Source of the DNA: Mobula hypostoma | Taxonomy: Eukaryota | DNA length: 64,000 bases | Direction: 5' to 3' | Assembly: GCF_963921235.1 (NCBI RefSeq) | Contig: NC_086098.1 | Coordinates: 2,356,001 to 2,420,000, forward strand | Shown here: in pieces, positions 51,167 through 63,590 of the stretch | Numbering within the stretch: the first letter of the stretch is position 1 | How the letters are laid out: each line of letters opens with the position of its first letter | Program-made: the position numbers and the translations under genes | The notes under the pieces: generated by a model | Database searches by the model: none | Told to the model about the DNA's origin: nothing | What the model saw: only the letters and a program-made list of their open reading frames with translations

Positions 51167-52502
51167 CAGCAGTCCCCAACCACCGGGCCGTGGACCAGTA
51201 CCAGGCCGCAAAGCATGTGCTACCGGGCTGCAAGGAAACGATATGATTTGGTGATATGAGTCAGCTGCACCTTTCCTCATTTCCTGTCATGCTCACTGTT
51301 GAATTTGAACGCACGCCAGGTCATTATGTACACGTTATCCATGTCAGCGCAGGAAGAAGATCAACTCCTCGAGCTTGCAAATGACGGTGGGCTGAAAAGT
51401 ATATTTGATGTATCATCTCCGCCGGCATTCTGGATCAAAGTCAAAGCTGGATATCATGAGATAGCCACGAAAGCACTGAAAACGTTGCTTCCATTTCCAA
51501 CATATCTCTGCAATGAATGCAACGAAAACTAACTTGCGGAATAGACTGGACATAAGGAACCCCCTTCGAGTGTCGCTGTCTCCCATCACCCCTCGATGGC
51601 ACCGTCTTGTTGCAGGGAAACAAGCCCAGGGCTCCCACTGATTCAGCGATATTGGTGTGTTGCAATGATTTTATATGTTCATACAGGGAAAATATGCGCT
51701 GTGTGTTTAATATCCAAATGTTACTTAAAATATTATGATGTTATTGACTTATAAGTGACTTATAATTGACTTATCACTATATTCATGCGAGGAAAATATG
51801 CGCTGTGTGTTTAATATTAAATTTGTTAGATAAACCCTTTTAGAAACAAAATTGAGTGTATAAGCCAGTTATAAATGACTTATAGTTGACTTATCACTTA
51901 TATTCCAGTTGTGATGAACACCCCACCCCCCAGGGTTGCCAGCTGTCCCATATTAGCCGGGACATCCCGTATATTGGGCTAAATTCATTTGTCCCATACG
52001 GGACCACCCTTGTCCGGTATTTCCCCCGCTAAGGTAGAGTGTTCCTATGAAACCTTTTGTGCCGAAATGGCGTAAAGTGAAGAAGCAACTACCATTAATT
52101 TATATGTGAAAAATTTTTGAGCGTTCCCAGACCCAAAAAATAACCTACCAAATCATACCAAATAACACTTAAAACCTAAAATAACACTAACATATAGTAA
52201 AAGCAGGAATGATATGATAAATACACAGCCTATATAAAGTAGAAATAATGTATGTACAGTGTAGTTTCACTGAACAGAATCGCCAAAAACGATTTGTGGA
52301 AAAAAATTGGCACGTACACGCATGCGCACACAGGTGCCCGCACAAGGCTTCATGGTCATGGTAGTCTTTTCGGGGTAAACACAGTGAGAAAGTTGGCAAC
52401 CCTACCCCGCCACCCTGCCACCCTCCCCCCCGGTCGGCCGGACCGCAAGAATATTGTTAATATTAAACCGATCAACGGTGCAAAAAAGGTTGGGGACCCC
52501 TG
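51167..52502 (+). mobile_element. Non-autonomous hAT Charlie/Buster element, 8-bp TSD CTCTAGAG
   Basis: cagcagtccccaacc...ggttggggacccctg; TSD at 51159-51166 and 52503-52510; dimerisation-domain remnant FWIKVKAGYHEIATKALKTLLPFPTYLC..KQAQGSH*. Confidence 0.9.
51931..52404. mobile_element. hAT-like (Blackjack/hAT5-type TIR) MITE nested in the Charlie element
   Basis: agggttgccagc ... gttggcaaccct TIRs; gtccc/gggac subterminal motifs. Confidence 0.75.
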
Positions 52503-53813
52503 CTCTAGAGGGATATCTATTAAACATGATGGAATGAAGCTAGCTGAAGTATATGAGTTAGGCTGATAGGGCTGTTGCCATGTGGTATAACACGACAACT
52601 CTAGTTTGCTGTTATACCTGATACATCAAATCCACAGCATTAGAATTTTTGATAAATTGAACCAAATAATTCAGCTTCATTCTCTTTCAAACAAAGAGGC
52701 CTAATTCTGTAGAGTATCCATTTGCAGACACCCTATTCAGTCTCTCATTCGGAGTCTGATCTTTCCGTGCAAACAAGGCAATAGGGAAAGATACTAGCTG
52801 GTACACAAGCTGTGCTGATTGGTGTAAATTAAAAGATCATTTGTTCGATATTTTATTCAATTTTACTGCCAGCTCCAAATGAATACAATTAGGACAAAAT
52901 AGGCCCCTGCAGTTTGTGCAATTGAGGGGTTAATAAATGATAAATTTATAATGACATTTTCATTAATTATAATGATATTTAGAGAATATTTCTCAAACAG
53001 ATGCCCACCAGTTCAGTTTTCTTTTATTTGTTTACTGTATGAAAATAACATCAAATTCTTTCTCCATTAAACTGTTAACCTGCTCCAAAAGACAATATTC
53101 TGAGCAGCAGAATAATTTATTATCCTTCAACCACCAGGCTCCTGAACTGGTGCAGATAACTTTACTCACCTCAACACTGAACTGATCACTAAGCACAGCT
53201 CATGCACCACTTTCAAGGACTAAACAACTCACGTCCACAATACTATTGATGTATGTATGCATGTATCTACTTATCTATTTATTTATTTATGTATTTATGT
53301 ATTTATTTATGACATTTGCACAGTTTGTCTTCTTTTGCATATTGTTTGTTTGTCAGTCTTTGTGTGCAGTTTTTCATTGATTCTATCGTACTTGGTTTCT
53401 GCTCCGAATGCCAGCAAGAAAATGAACCTCAGGGTTGTACATGATCACATATTTGTACTCCGATCACAAATTTAGTTTAAAGTTTGAGCAAGCAGAAAAA
53501 TCTTTTCATAATATCATATTTCTGATAGTTGCAAATTGAAAGATTTTACAACCGAGAACTGAAGGGAACCTCTCCGATTCACTGAAAATCGTGTTTCGGT
53601 AGCTGAAAGGTAGCTGCAGTTCAGCACGTGGTTATGAACTTGGTAGATACTGATTTACTCACTCCCCAACCCAGGCAGAGCAGCAACAGTATGCGTACAG
53701 GGTGCACTGCACTCACTCCCCATGGTCATCGAGCGCAGCTTCCAAGCCCACCACCCCTCTACCAGCGAGATAGACAAAGGCAACAAAAGTATGGGAACAT
53801 CACTTTCTGAAAG

Positions 53814-54674
53814 CTGCTGTATAAACCACAGACCATCCTGATCATCAGCTCGGGAATGATGTTGGAGTAACCACACACCATCCTGATTTACAGCTCGGGA
53901 ATGATGTTGGAATAACCACACACCATCCTCATCATCAGCTCCGGAATGATGTTGGAGTAACCACACACCATCCTGATTTACAGCTCCAGATCCGTTAGTC
54001 TTGCGAGACCATGGATCTGCGCCTGGAAAGTCTTCACTCTCCAGGGCGCAGGCCTGGGCAAGGTTGTATGGAAGACCAGCAAGTCTCCCCTCTCCACGAC
54101 ACCGATGTTGCCCAAGAGAAGGGCACTAGGATCCATACAGATTGGCACCAGTGTCGTCGCAGAGCAATGTGTGATTAAGTGCCTTGCTCAAGGACACAAC
54201 ACGTTCCCTCGGCTGGGGATCGAACTCACGACCTTCAGGTCGCTAGTCCAATGCCTTAACCACTTGGCCACGTGCCACACCTGAATGATGTTGTATAAAC
54301 CACACACCATCCTGATCATCAGCTCGGGAATGATGTTGTATAAACCACACACCATCCTGATCATCAGCTCGGGAATGATGTTGTATAAACCACACACCAT
54401 CCTGAACATCAGCTCGGGAATGATGTTGGAATAACCACACACCATCCTGATCATCAGCTCGGGAATGATGTTGGAATAACCACACACCATCCTGATCATC
54501 AGCTCGGGAATGATGTTGGAATAACCACACACCATCCTGATCATCAGCTCGGGAATGATGTTGGAATAACCACACACCATCCTGATCATCAACTCGGGAA
54601 TGATGTTGTATAAACCACCACACCATCCTGATCATCAGCTCGGGAATGATGTTGGAATAACTACACCAACCTGA
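53814..54674. repeat. 45-bp minisatellite (~12-13 units), interrupted by a SINE
   Basis: Unit tgttggaataaccacacaccatcctgatcatcagctcgggaatga. Confidence 0.97.
53990..54280 (-). mobile_element. tRNA-derived CORE-like SINE
   Basis: Reverse complement has TGGCCAAGTGG, GTTCGATCC and gtgtccttgagcaaggcactta. Confidence 0.88.
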
Positions 54675-55080
54675 CATGGAAATACACTGCAGATCCTTTA
54701 CTATCACTGGGTGTAAGGATGAAAGATCAAGGATCAATTTTATTCGCCTTAGCTATTTACATGTATTACAAATTTGCTATGATGTTTTGTGCGACGTGTA
54801 ACAAAATAACACTATTCGACAACTCTAAAGAACAAAGAATTATATAAAAATAAAGCTAGAAATTAAAGTACTGATATGAAATTAAATGTGCATAGATACA
54901 TAAATGCCAGCATGTATTAACAATGTAAACAACGTTCTAAAAAGTGGTTTAAAGTGTTTACAGTGCAGTGACGGGGGGTGAGGGTGGGGGCTAACTAGAA
55001 TAGTTGATCTGTTTAACTGTCTGAGAAAGAAACTTTTAAGAATGTGCAAAAGTTTAGTTTTAATAGCCTGATGGAGCTTT

Positions 55081-55482
55081 CATAGAAACATAGAAAACCT
55101 AAGCACAATACAGGCCCTTCGGACCACAAAGTTCTGTGGAACATGTCCCTATCTTAGAAATTACTAGGCTTACCTATAGCCCTCTATTTTACTAAGCTCC
55201 ATGTACCTATCTAAATGTCTCTTAAAAGACCCTATGGTATCTGCATCCATCACCGTTGCCGGCAGCCAATTCTACGCACTCACCGCTCTCTGAGAAAAAG
55301 ACTTACCCCTGACATCTCCTCTGTACCTACTCCCCAGCACCTTAAACCTGTGCCCTCTTGTGGCAACCATTTCAGCCCTGGGAAAAAGCCTCTGACTATC
55401 CACACGATCAATGCCTCTCATCATCTTATACACCTCTATCAGGTAACCTCTCATCCTCCGTTGCTCCAAGGAGAAAAGGCAA
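55081..55482 (-). mobile_element. CR1 3' end
   Basis: LFSLEQRRMRG..TRGHRFKV; (CATAGAAA)n on the + strand. Confidence 0.9.
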
Positions 55483-55859
55483 ATCTCTCCAGAAGGGAGA
55501 TTTTGGAAAGGGCAGTTTTTTGGATGGTTAGGGTCCGCAATGCTTTTCTCTGGACAGTCCTGCAGTTCTGGCAGACTGCAGCCAATGACTTGCTGCTGAA
55601 CTGACAATTCATTGCATCTTGGACTCCTACCTCAACAGTATTGTGACTATACCAACAACTCAAGGACGTGAGCAATTCAAGAAGACAGCTCACCTACTGT
55701 ATACCTTCACAAGGGCAATTAGGAAGGGAAATTAAATAAATCATTTCATCTCATTCATATTTATTTTGTTCTGGTCACTTACAGGCAAACACTGTGCTTG
55801 TTAATAGCCGCTGACAGTCAGCATTGAATGTGGTGTGTTTCTAAGGTTCAGGTACAAAA

Positions 55860-56240
55860 TACCTCTGTCAGTTCCATCATGGGCACCTGCCTCCGCACCA
55901 GTGAGGACATCCTCAAAAGGCCATGCTTCAAGAAGGCAGCACCTATCATTAAGGACCCTCAGTATTCTTCTCATTACTACCATCAGGGAGGAGGTTCAGG
56001 ACCCTGAAGACACACACTCAGCATCTCAGCAACTGCTTCTTCCTCTCCGCCATCAGATTTCAAAATGAACAATGAATCCAAGTACAATACTTCACCATCC
56101 TGCTCTCTTTGCATTGCTTAATTACTTGTAAAAAATTCTTATTGTAACTTACGGTGTTTCTGCTATGTATTGCTCTATACTGTTGCTACAAAACAACAAT
56201 TTCACAACAGATGTTAGTGGTAATAAACCTGATTCTGAAT
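55860..56240 (+). mobile_element. Rex1 3' end
   Basis: aaggcagcacctatcattaaggaccc..taataaacctgattctga. Confidence 0.75.
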
Positions 56241-56547
56241 ACTTAGGTGAACAGTACCAATAAACAATCAAGGGATGTGGCCTAGAAATTCCTTCAAATG
56301 TACAATATTGCTTTTTTAATTTTATAACAACCTCCTTTGCTCCTCCAAGGTAAATTAGTTCGTAGTGACAGTAATGAGGAAACTATCATTTTTCACTGGT
56401 TCATTACTGACATTGTTTGCCACTTTTAACAATTGGAATTCGGGTCAAAGTTCATTACTGTGCATTTCATGAGAATGTGGAGGAGAAATAGGCACTGCTG
56501 AACAAAATTATATCAGCAGCAATAATCATCAGACCCAAAGAGACATA

Positions 56548-57455
56548 CATAGAAACATAGAAAACTACAGCATAATACAGGCCCTGCCGAACGTGTCCTT
56601 ACCTTGGCTTATCCATAGCCCTCTATTTTTCTAAGCTCCATGTTTCCAGCCAGAAGTCTCTTAAAAGACCCTATCACTTCCACCTCCACCACCACTGCCG
56701 GCAGCACATTCCACGCAGTCACCACTCTCTGTGTGAAAAACTTACCCCTGACATCTCCATACCTACTTCCAAGCACCTTAAAACTATGCAATCTTGTGCT
56801 AGCCAATTCAGCCCTGGGAAAAAGCCTCTGACTAGCCACACGATCAATGCATCTCATTATCTTGTACACCTCTATCAGGTCACCTCTCATCCTCCGTCAC
56901 TCTAAGGAGAAAAGGCTGAGTTCACTCAACCTATTCTCATAAGGCATGCTCCCCAATCCAGGCAACATCCTTGTAAATCTCCTCTGCACCCTTTCTATGG
57001 TTTCCACGTCCTTCCTGTAGTGAGGCGACCAGAATTGAGCACAGTACTCCAAGTGGGGTCTGACCAGGGTCCTATATAGCTGCAACATTACCTCTCAGCT
57101 TTTAAACTCAATCTCATGATTGATGAAGGCCAATGCACCATACGCCTTCTTAACCACAGAGTCAACTCACATAGCAGCTTTGAGTGTCCTATGGACTCAG
57201 ACTCTAAGATCCCTCTGATCCTCCACACTGCCAAGAGTCTTACCATTAATGCTATATTCTGCCATCATATTTGACCTACCAGAATGAACCACCTCACACT
57301 TATCTGGGTTGAACTCCATCTGCCAATTCGCAACCCAGTTTTGCATCCTATCGATGATCCACTGACAGTCCTCCACACGATCCACAACACCCCCAATCTT
57401 TGTGTCATCAGCCAATTTACTAACCCAACCCTCCACTTCCTCATCCAGGTCATAC
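56548..57455 (-). mobile_element. CR1 RT/3' end
   Basis: KLADDTKIGG, LVRPHLEYCAQFW, FFTQRVV. Confidence 0.92.
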
Positions 57456-58109
57456 ATTACCAATGGCCCTGAAGAAAGGGGAAGAGGGTAGAGGGTTGGA
57501 TTGGTTTAGGATGGGAATTCAGGAATTGCGCATTTATGGGAAATCAGAATCCGAACCAGATTTATCCCTCTGACATGTGTTGTGAAATTGATTATTTTGT
57601 GGCAGCAGTACAGTGCAAGCCAAAAATTATCATAAGTTACAAAAAGTAATGCAAAAGAGGAATAATGAAGTAGTAGTAGACACTGTTTGATATCCACTAT
57701 CAGATCTGGAGATGATATTGTCCAAAAGGGAACTTGAGGGGGAACTACCACATCAGTGGTGTGAGTGTGGAATAAGCTGCCAGCAGAAGTGGTGAATGTG
57801 GGTTCAGAGAAATTTGGATAATAAGTATATTGATTGGAAGGATATGGAGGTCTATGGTCCAGTGAGGGTCAATGGGACTAGGCAGAGTAACAGTTTGCAA
57901 GTCGAGAATGAGGTGAAAAATCTTATGGTTGCAATTGCTTTATTAGTACAGGTCAGACAGGGTCAGCTTTCATCCTCAAGCAAGGCGGGTAAAGCGTAAC
58001 AAAAGAACTTGAACACATGTTCTCCCCTTAGACTGCAATCAGTTTTATCCAGCTTAGATAAAGAAAGCTGTGAACAGGTACTCCCTGAGTCATACTGCAG
58101 CTTTGCAGG

Positions 58110-58370
58110 CAAAGAGAAAATTTGCAGCGCAGAGAAAATTCTAAATGTCCTCAGCAGGTCAGGCAGCATCTACGGAAAAGAGTGAACAGTTGATATTTTT
58201 GGGCTGAGACTCCTCTCCGGGACTGAGAAGGAAGATGGGAGGAGGGGAAAGAGGCTAGCTGGAAGGTGAGAGGTGAAGCCAGGTGGGTGGGAAAAGTCAA
58301 AGGCTGGAGAAGAAAGTATCTGATAGGAAGGGAGAGTGGGCAATAGGAGAAAGAGCAGAAGGTGGTGCAA
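58110..58370 (-). mobile_element. Penelope pLTR, followed by a solo Tc1 TIR (58371-58402)
   Basis: cagcaggtcaggcagcatc..gggctgagac..; then ggtgtacctaataaaatggccactgagtgta. Confidence 0.75.
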
Positions 58371-59700
58371 GGTGTACCTAATAAAATGGCCACTGAGTGT
58401 ATGGTGTCTTCACTCTCTATTGATATAAATAGGTTAAGACCAGAAAACATTGACATCAATGTTGAGAATAAACATAGGTAATGTGAAGAAAAACTGACTA
58501 GGAGTTGTAAATAAAAATGTTTCTTGGAGTAATTAAAGAACAAAAAATGAATGTTTACTCTAATAGGGGAGGAAAGCCGATTGCAGATGTGCATTTTCTT
58601 CCCACTACATTATTGATGGGGAATATTAAACCCTGTGGATTAATACCTCTACTAAATCTGTGGAAATGAAACTCTACAAATACGTTAAACATTAATTTAT
58701 AATTATAGCTCAAAGTCATTTCTAGCTAAAAGTGTTTACTGCTGATTTTATTAAAAATATGTTTCATTAATCATATTTATGTAGCCCCCTTGTTTGTCAC
58801 CATGATGTCACACATGACTTCCCCAATATGTTTTCTGCATGTTCCCACAGTTTGTGTGCTGAATGTGTGTGATTTTATGTGACAATTTGTAAATATTCAT
58901 CCATTCCTCACACCAGTGTGCCCAGAATTCTATGGTGTCTTTTCACTTGGGTGAATTCAATTGGGTGCATAGATTTATTGAAGGACTTCATCTGAAAGCC
59001 ACTTGAGAGGTACTAATGCTTGAATGCGTGCAACCGATTTCCTCAAAATAACATAACTGTCCTCCCTTCGCACCATTTAAGTGGGAGACACGATAGAGTT
59101 CCCACTGTGAATAGATTCACTTACAGCCAACCATTAAAAACAGCAATAGAGTGATTCTATTTTTTTCCCTCAAACAAAAAAGGCCATTTAAAACTACACT
59201 AGGTCCCTTTTATTTGGCTCTTCATACAACAACATCTTAGTTGCAATGATACCATTCAACGTGGCCAATTTTCCCTTTCATCTTCTGAAAAACTGATCTG
59301 CATTGGCAGATCAAAGGAACCGTTCAGACCCAGAGTGCGTTAGTGGTATAAGTGAGAGCTATTTGTGTGCGTTACAATTTAATGCAGAAAAATACATCAA
59401 AAACATAGCCCCGATAGTCTCTGTTCCCCAAATTACTGTGCCCTTTTGAGAGCTATCTGGCTATAATGGGTGACTCACAGGAACAGGAGGAGATCATTCA
59501 ACCTTCAAGCCTGTTCTATCGTTCAATTAAATCACAGCTGATTAGCAATTCCACTCCGTTTGTTTCAGATCATGTGAGCCTACCTCAACTCTGAACTGAT
59601 TCCACCACCCCTACAACTTGTGTTATCAGTATTATCTGCCTGTCTATCTGCTGAGTGGGAGATCACCTAGCAGGTTGGAGAAATTCCTTGTGGACTTTAT

Positions 59701-61865
59701 GCGCCAGTTTTAAAAAGCGAGCGTGTCCTGTCAGGACTCATTTACAGAGCAGGACATTGCTTGGGTTAAATGGCAAGGACCAATAAAAAGAAGCCTAGTT
59801 TAAGCAGAGCAGGCATTGTGGGAACAGCTATTGTATGAGTGGTCAGGCTTAGGCTCAACAGGCTTGGGCGAGAACAGGCACAAGCTAGAAATTGTTTGAG
59901 AAGTTGGAGACAAAACAATGTAGGCAGGATGCCCTTTCAGGCAGTGGAATACTCCTCCTGTCAGATATGGGATTTCAGGGTACCTAATGGTCTCCCTGAT
60001 GACTATCTCTCCAGGAATAGCATCAAACTTCAGCTTCTGACTGAAAAGGTCAAGGAACTGGATCTGGATGTATTCAGGACCATCTGGGAGTGTGAAAACC
60101 TCAAAGGTGAGACTTTTACTGAGATGGCCACACCCAGAATGCAGGCTTCAGAGAGCAGATGGGTGATCACCAGGAGAGCAAGGGGAGCAAGCGGTTAGTG
60201 CAGGTTTCCCCTGAGGCCATTCCCCTCAGCAAAACATATACCCCTTTGCATGCTACTGGGGGTGGGAGAAGACCTATTAAGGCACGGCAGCAGCAGCCAG
60301 ACCAATAGTACAATAGCCAGCTTTGAGACTCAGCAGGGAAGGGTAAAGTCAGATGGAACAGTAGTGATAGGGACTCAATGTTTGGTGGGATTGGCAGGAG
60401 TTTCGGTGGCCGCGAAACAGACACCAAGATGGTGTGTTGCCTTCCAGGTGCTAGGGTCCAGGATGTCACAGAGGGCCTGCAGAAAATTCTCAAGAGAGAG
60501 GGTGAGCCTCTGGTTGTCATGGTGCACATCGGCACCATTGACCGAGGTAGAAAGGAGGAAGAGGTCCTGTGCAGTGAGGTATAGGGAGTTAAGGAAGAGG
60601 CTGAAAACAGGACCTCCAAGGTAATTATCACCATATTACTCCCATTACCATGTGCCTGTCAGGCCAGGAATAGGGTGATAGTTCAGATAGATGAATGAGT
60701 GGCTGAGGAAGAAATGGACTTGCACTAAAAGGAAGGATTACCTCTGAACCCAGGGGAGATCAATATCATTACAGGAAGGTTTACAAGAGCTGTTGGGGAA
60801 AGTTTGAACGAAGTTGGCAGGTGGATGGGAACTGAAGTGATAAGACTGAAGATGGGGCAGTTGGTATACAAATTGATGCAGTGTGTAGTGATACTGTGAG
60901 GAAGGACAGGCTGATGATAGGGCAGAAATGTAATCAGTGGGATGAGAAGATGTGTTAAATGGTGACAAGGTCAAAAATGATGATTAACACAGGACTGAAG
61001 GTGTATTATTTGAATGAACACAGCATAGAAGTAAGGTAAATGATCTTAGAGCACATTTGGGCAGAGGTAGGTGTGACGTGTGGGCGGGCATCACTGAACC
61101 ATGGCTGAAAGAAGATCACAGTTGGGAGCTTAACATCCAAGGATATACCTTGTATCAAAAGGCCAGGCAGATAGGCTGAGCAGGTGGGGTGGCTGTTTTG
61201 GTAAAAAATGTAATCAAATCATTAGAAAGAGGTGACAGGATTGGAAGATGTAGAATCATTGTGGGTAGAGCTAAGAAACTGCAAGGTAAAAAAACCTGGT
61301 GGGATTTATATACAGATCTCCGGATAGTAGCCAAGATATAGGCTACAAATTAATAACTTGTCAATTAATAGTGCATCAGGGGTGATTGATAAGTTCCTGG
61401 CCTAAGGTAGACGGAGATGAATTATTGACTTCAAACTTTCTGCATTATCACTCAAAGTGTTGAACTGCATGTGCATGTAACGAGAGCTGAATAACTCATC
61501 TCCTTCTACCTTAGGCCATGAACTTGTCAATCACCCCTGCTGTGGACACTTTCTGGAGGTCCAAGATCCGTATGCTCCACGAACGCTGGGCTAAGTGTGT
61601 ACATGTAGGAGGGGACTATGTTGAAAAATAAGTGTGCTAAGTTTTCTAAAATTGACTCCTTCTAACTTAGGCCACAAACTTATCAATCATCCGTCGTAGG
61701 TAAAGGGCAATGTTACGAAAGTCACAGGGGATTTCAATATGCAGGTCAAAGGTTATGTGGAGACTGCAGGAGAATGGGGTTGAGAGGGATAGTAAATCAG
61801 CCATGATGGAATGGTGGAGCCAATTCGATGGGCTAGATGGCCGAATTCTGCTCCTTTGTCTTATC
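59701..61865 (+). mobile_element. Internally deleted old CR1 (5'UTR, ORF1, EN start, then 3' end)
   Basis: gcgccagttttaaaaag 5' motif; KLQLLTEKVKEL; MVCCLPGARVQD..VHIGT; ITEPWL; ggggatttcaatatgcagg joins directly to a CR1 3'UTR. Confidence 0.85.
61377..61696. mobile_element. Mariner MITE, same family as 41568, lacking the left arm
   Basis: caggggtgattgataag...ttatcaatcatccgtcg-TA. Confidence 0.88.
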
Positions 61866-62254
61866 TATCTATCCATCTATCCTTTATTTGTATTTCTTTT
61901 GCACATTTGTCAGTATGTTTCTTCACATTAATTCCATTCCATTTCTTTGATCTACTGTGAATTCCCTCAAGAAAATGAGTCTCAGGATAGTATATGGTGA
62001 CATGTACTGTAAATAGTTAGATAATACATTTACTTTAAACTTTGAACTTTTTTACAAAACAACAGCTTTGATTCCAATCTTGTAAATTAACCCAGGGTCC
62101 ATAAACTTCGAGTTACAGCTTTCCAAACTCTCCTTATCAAAATGTTCCCTCATCAATTAACCATTTTTGATGCCCTCCAACCCTGAGGAAACTAGCTTCT
62201 CCACATCTACCTTGGCTCTCAAGCTCCTCAAGTCAGTGCAATGTCTGCCATGTA

Positions 62255-62685
62255 ATCTCTTTTGACAGGTTGAGTGAGCTCGGGCATTTTCTCTCTCACG
62301 GGAAGGAGGATGAGAGGTGTACAAGATGATAAGAGGCATACAAGATGATGAGAGGCATAGACCGAGTGGACACCCAGAGACTTTTTCCCAGGGTGGAAGT
62401 GGCTAATAAGAGGGGACATAATTTTAAGGTGATTGAAGGAAAATTTGGGGGGAACGTCAGACAAGAGTAATGGAACACCCTGTCATGGATCACCTGCCAG
62501 GGGTGCTGGTAGAGGCCGATACATGAGCTTCATTGAAGAAACTCCAAGATAGGCACATGAATGATGGAAAAATGGAAGGCTATGTAGGAGGGAAGGGATA
62601 GATTGATATTACAGTAGGTTCCAAGATGGCAAAACATTGTGGGCTGAATGGCCCGTACTGTGCTCTAATGTTGTATGTTCCATAT
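62255..62685 (+). mobile_element. CR1 3' end
   Basis: aggttgagtgagctcgggc..agaggggacataattttaagg. Confidence 0.85.
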
Positions 62686-62699
62686 CATAGAACATAGAA

Positions 62700-63089
62700 G
62701 AGGGATTGGATAATTATGTCTGCAGGCAGGAACAAGCACGAACAAATTGGGATATAAACACCTACAATGGTTGGTATATAGGCTTGTATGCAACATTTTG
62801 GACCAGTGGAAATGGTCCAGAAGGGTTGTATGGAAACTATTATTACCACTTAACAACTAATTTCATTACTTAGCCTAATAGGTTAGATTTACCACAGTAC
62901 ATAATTATCTATTTAAATGTTTATTTTGCTTTTATATCATCTCAATGTGTACTTAAGAATGTATAAATAATTGTAGTTTTATACATATAAAAAAAAGGAA
63001 AATGTTATATGTGTGAAAAAAGTACATGATAATTGTGAACTCCTTATCCAAATAAAAATAAAATTAAAAAAAAGAAAACAAAAAAAAAG
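62700..63089 (+). mobile_element. Polyadenylated retroposed insert (L1-type 3' end or retrocopy)
   Basis: AATAAA plus A-rich tail at 63050-63089; flanked by ATAGAA / ATAGAG within a CR1 tail. Confidence 0.6.
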
Positions 63090-63590
63090 ATAGAGTAGTA
63101 CAGCACATTACAGGCCCTTCAGCCCATAATGTTGTGCCGACCCTCAAACCCTGCCTCCCATATAACCCCTGACCTTAAATTCCTCCATATACCTGTCCAG
63201 TAAGCTCTTAAACTTCACTAGTGTATCTGCCTCCACCACTGACTCAGGCAGTGCATTCCACGCACCAACCACTCTCTGAGTAAAAAACCTTCCTCTAATA
63301 TCCCCCTTGAACTTCCCACCTCTTACCTTAAAGCCATGTCCTCTTGTATTGAGCAGTGGTGCCCTGGGGAAGAGGCACTAGCTATCCACTCTATCTATTC
63401 CTCTTATTAGCTTGTACACCTCTATCAGGTCTCCTCCTCATCCTTCTTCTCTCCAGAGAGTAAAGCCCTTAAACTCTGATCATAATGCACACTCTCTAAA
63501 CCAGGCAGCATCCTGGTAAATCTCCTTTGTACCCTTTCCAATGCTTCCACATCCTTCCTATAGTGAGGCGACCAGAACTGGACACAGGGA
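63090..63590 (-). mobile_element. CR1 3' end
   Basis: cagtgcattccacgcacc..; gtgaggcgaccagaactggacac. Confidence 0.9.

Noticed and set aside
51299..51640. Domesticated ZBED/SCAND3-like gene
   Set aside because: Short frameshifted remnant inside a TIR/TSD-bounded hAT element.
54205..54280. tRNA gene
   Set aside because: This is the tRNA-like head of a SINE, continuous with core and tail; a second copy lies at 46157-46457.
54288..54660. Hammerhead or C/D-box array, suggested by CTGATGA on the minus strand
   Set aside because: No downstream GAAA or stem II, and the C/D-like words are imperfect.
53814..54674. CRISPR-like array or repetitive protein CDS
   Set aside because: Units are head-to-tail with no unique spacers and no cas genes. 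A SINE and a 1-nt indel interrupt the frame, and no splice context supports an exon.
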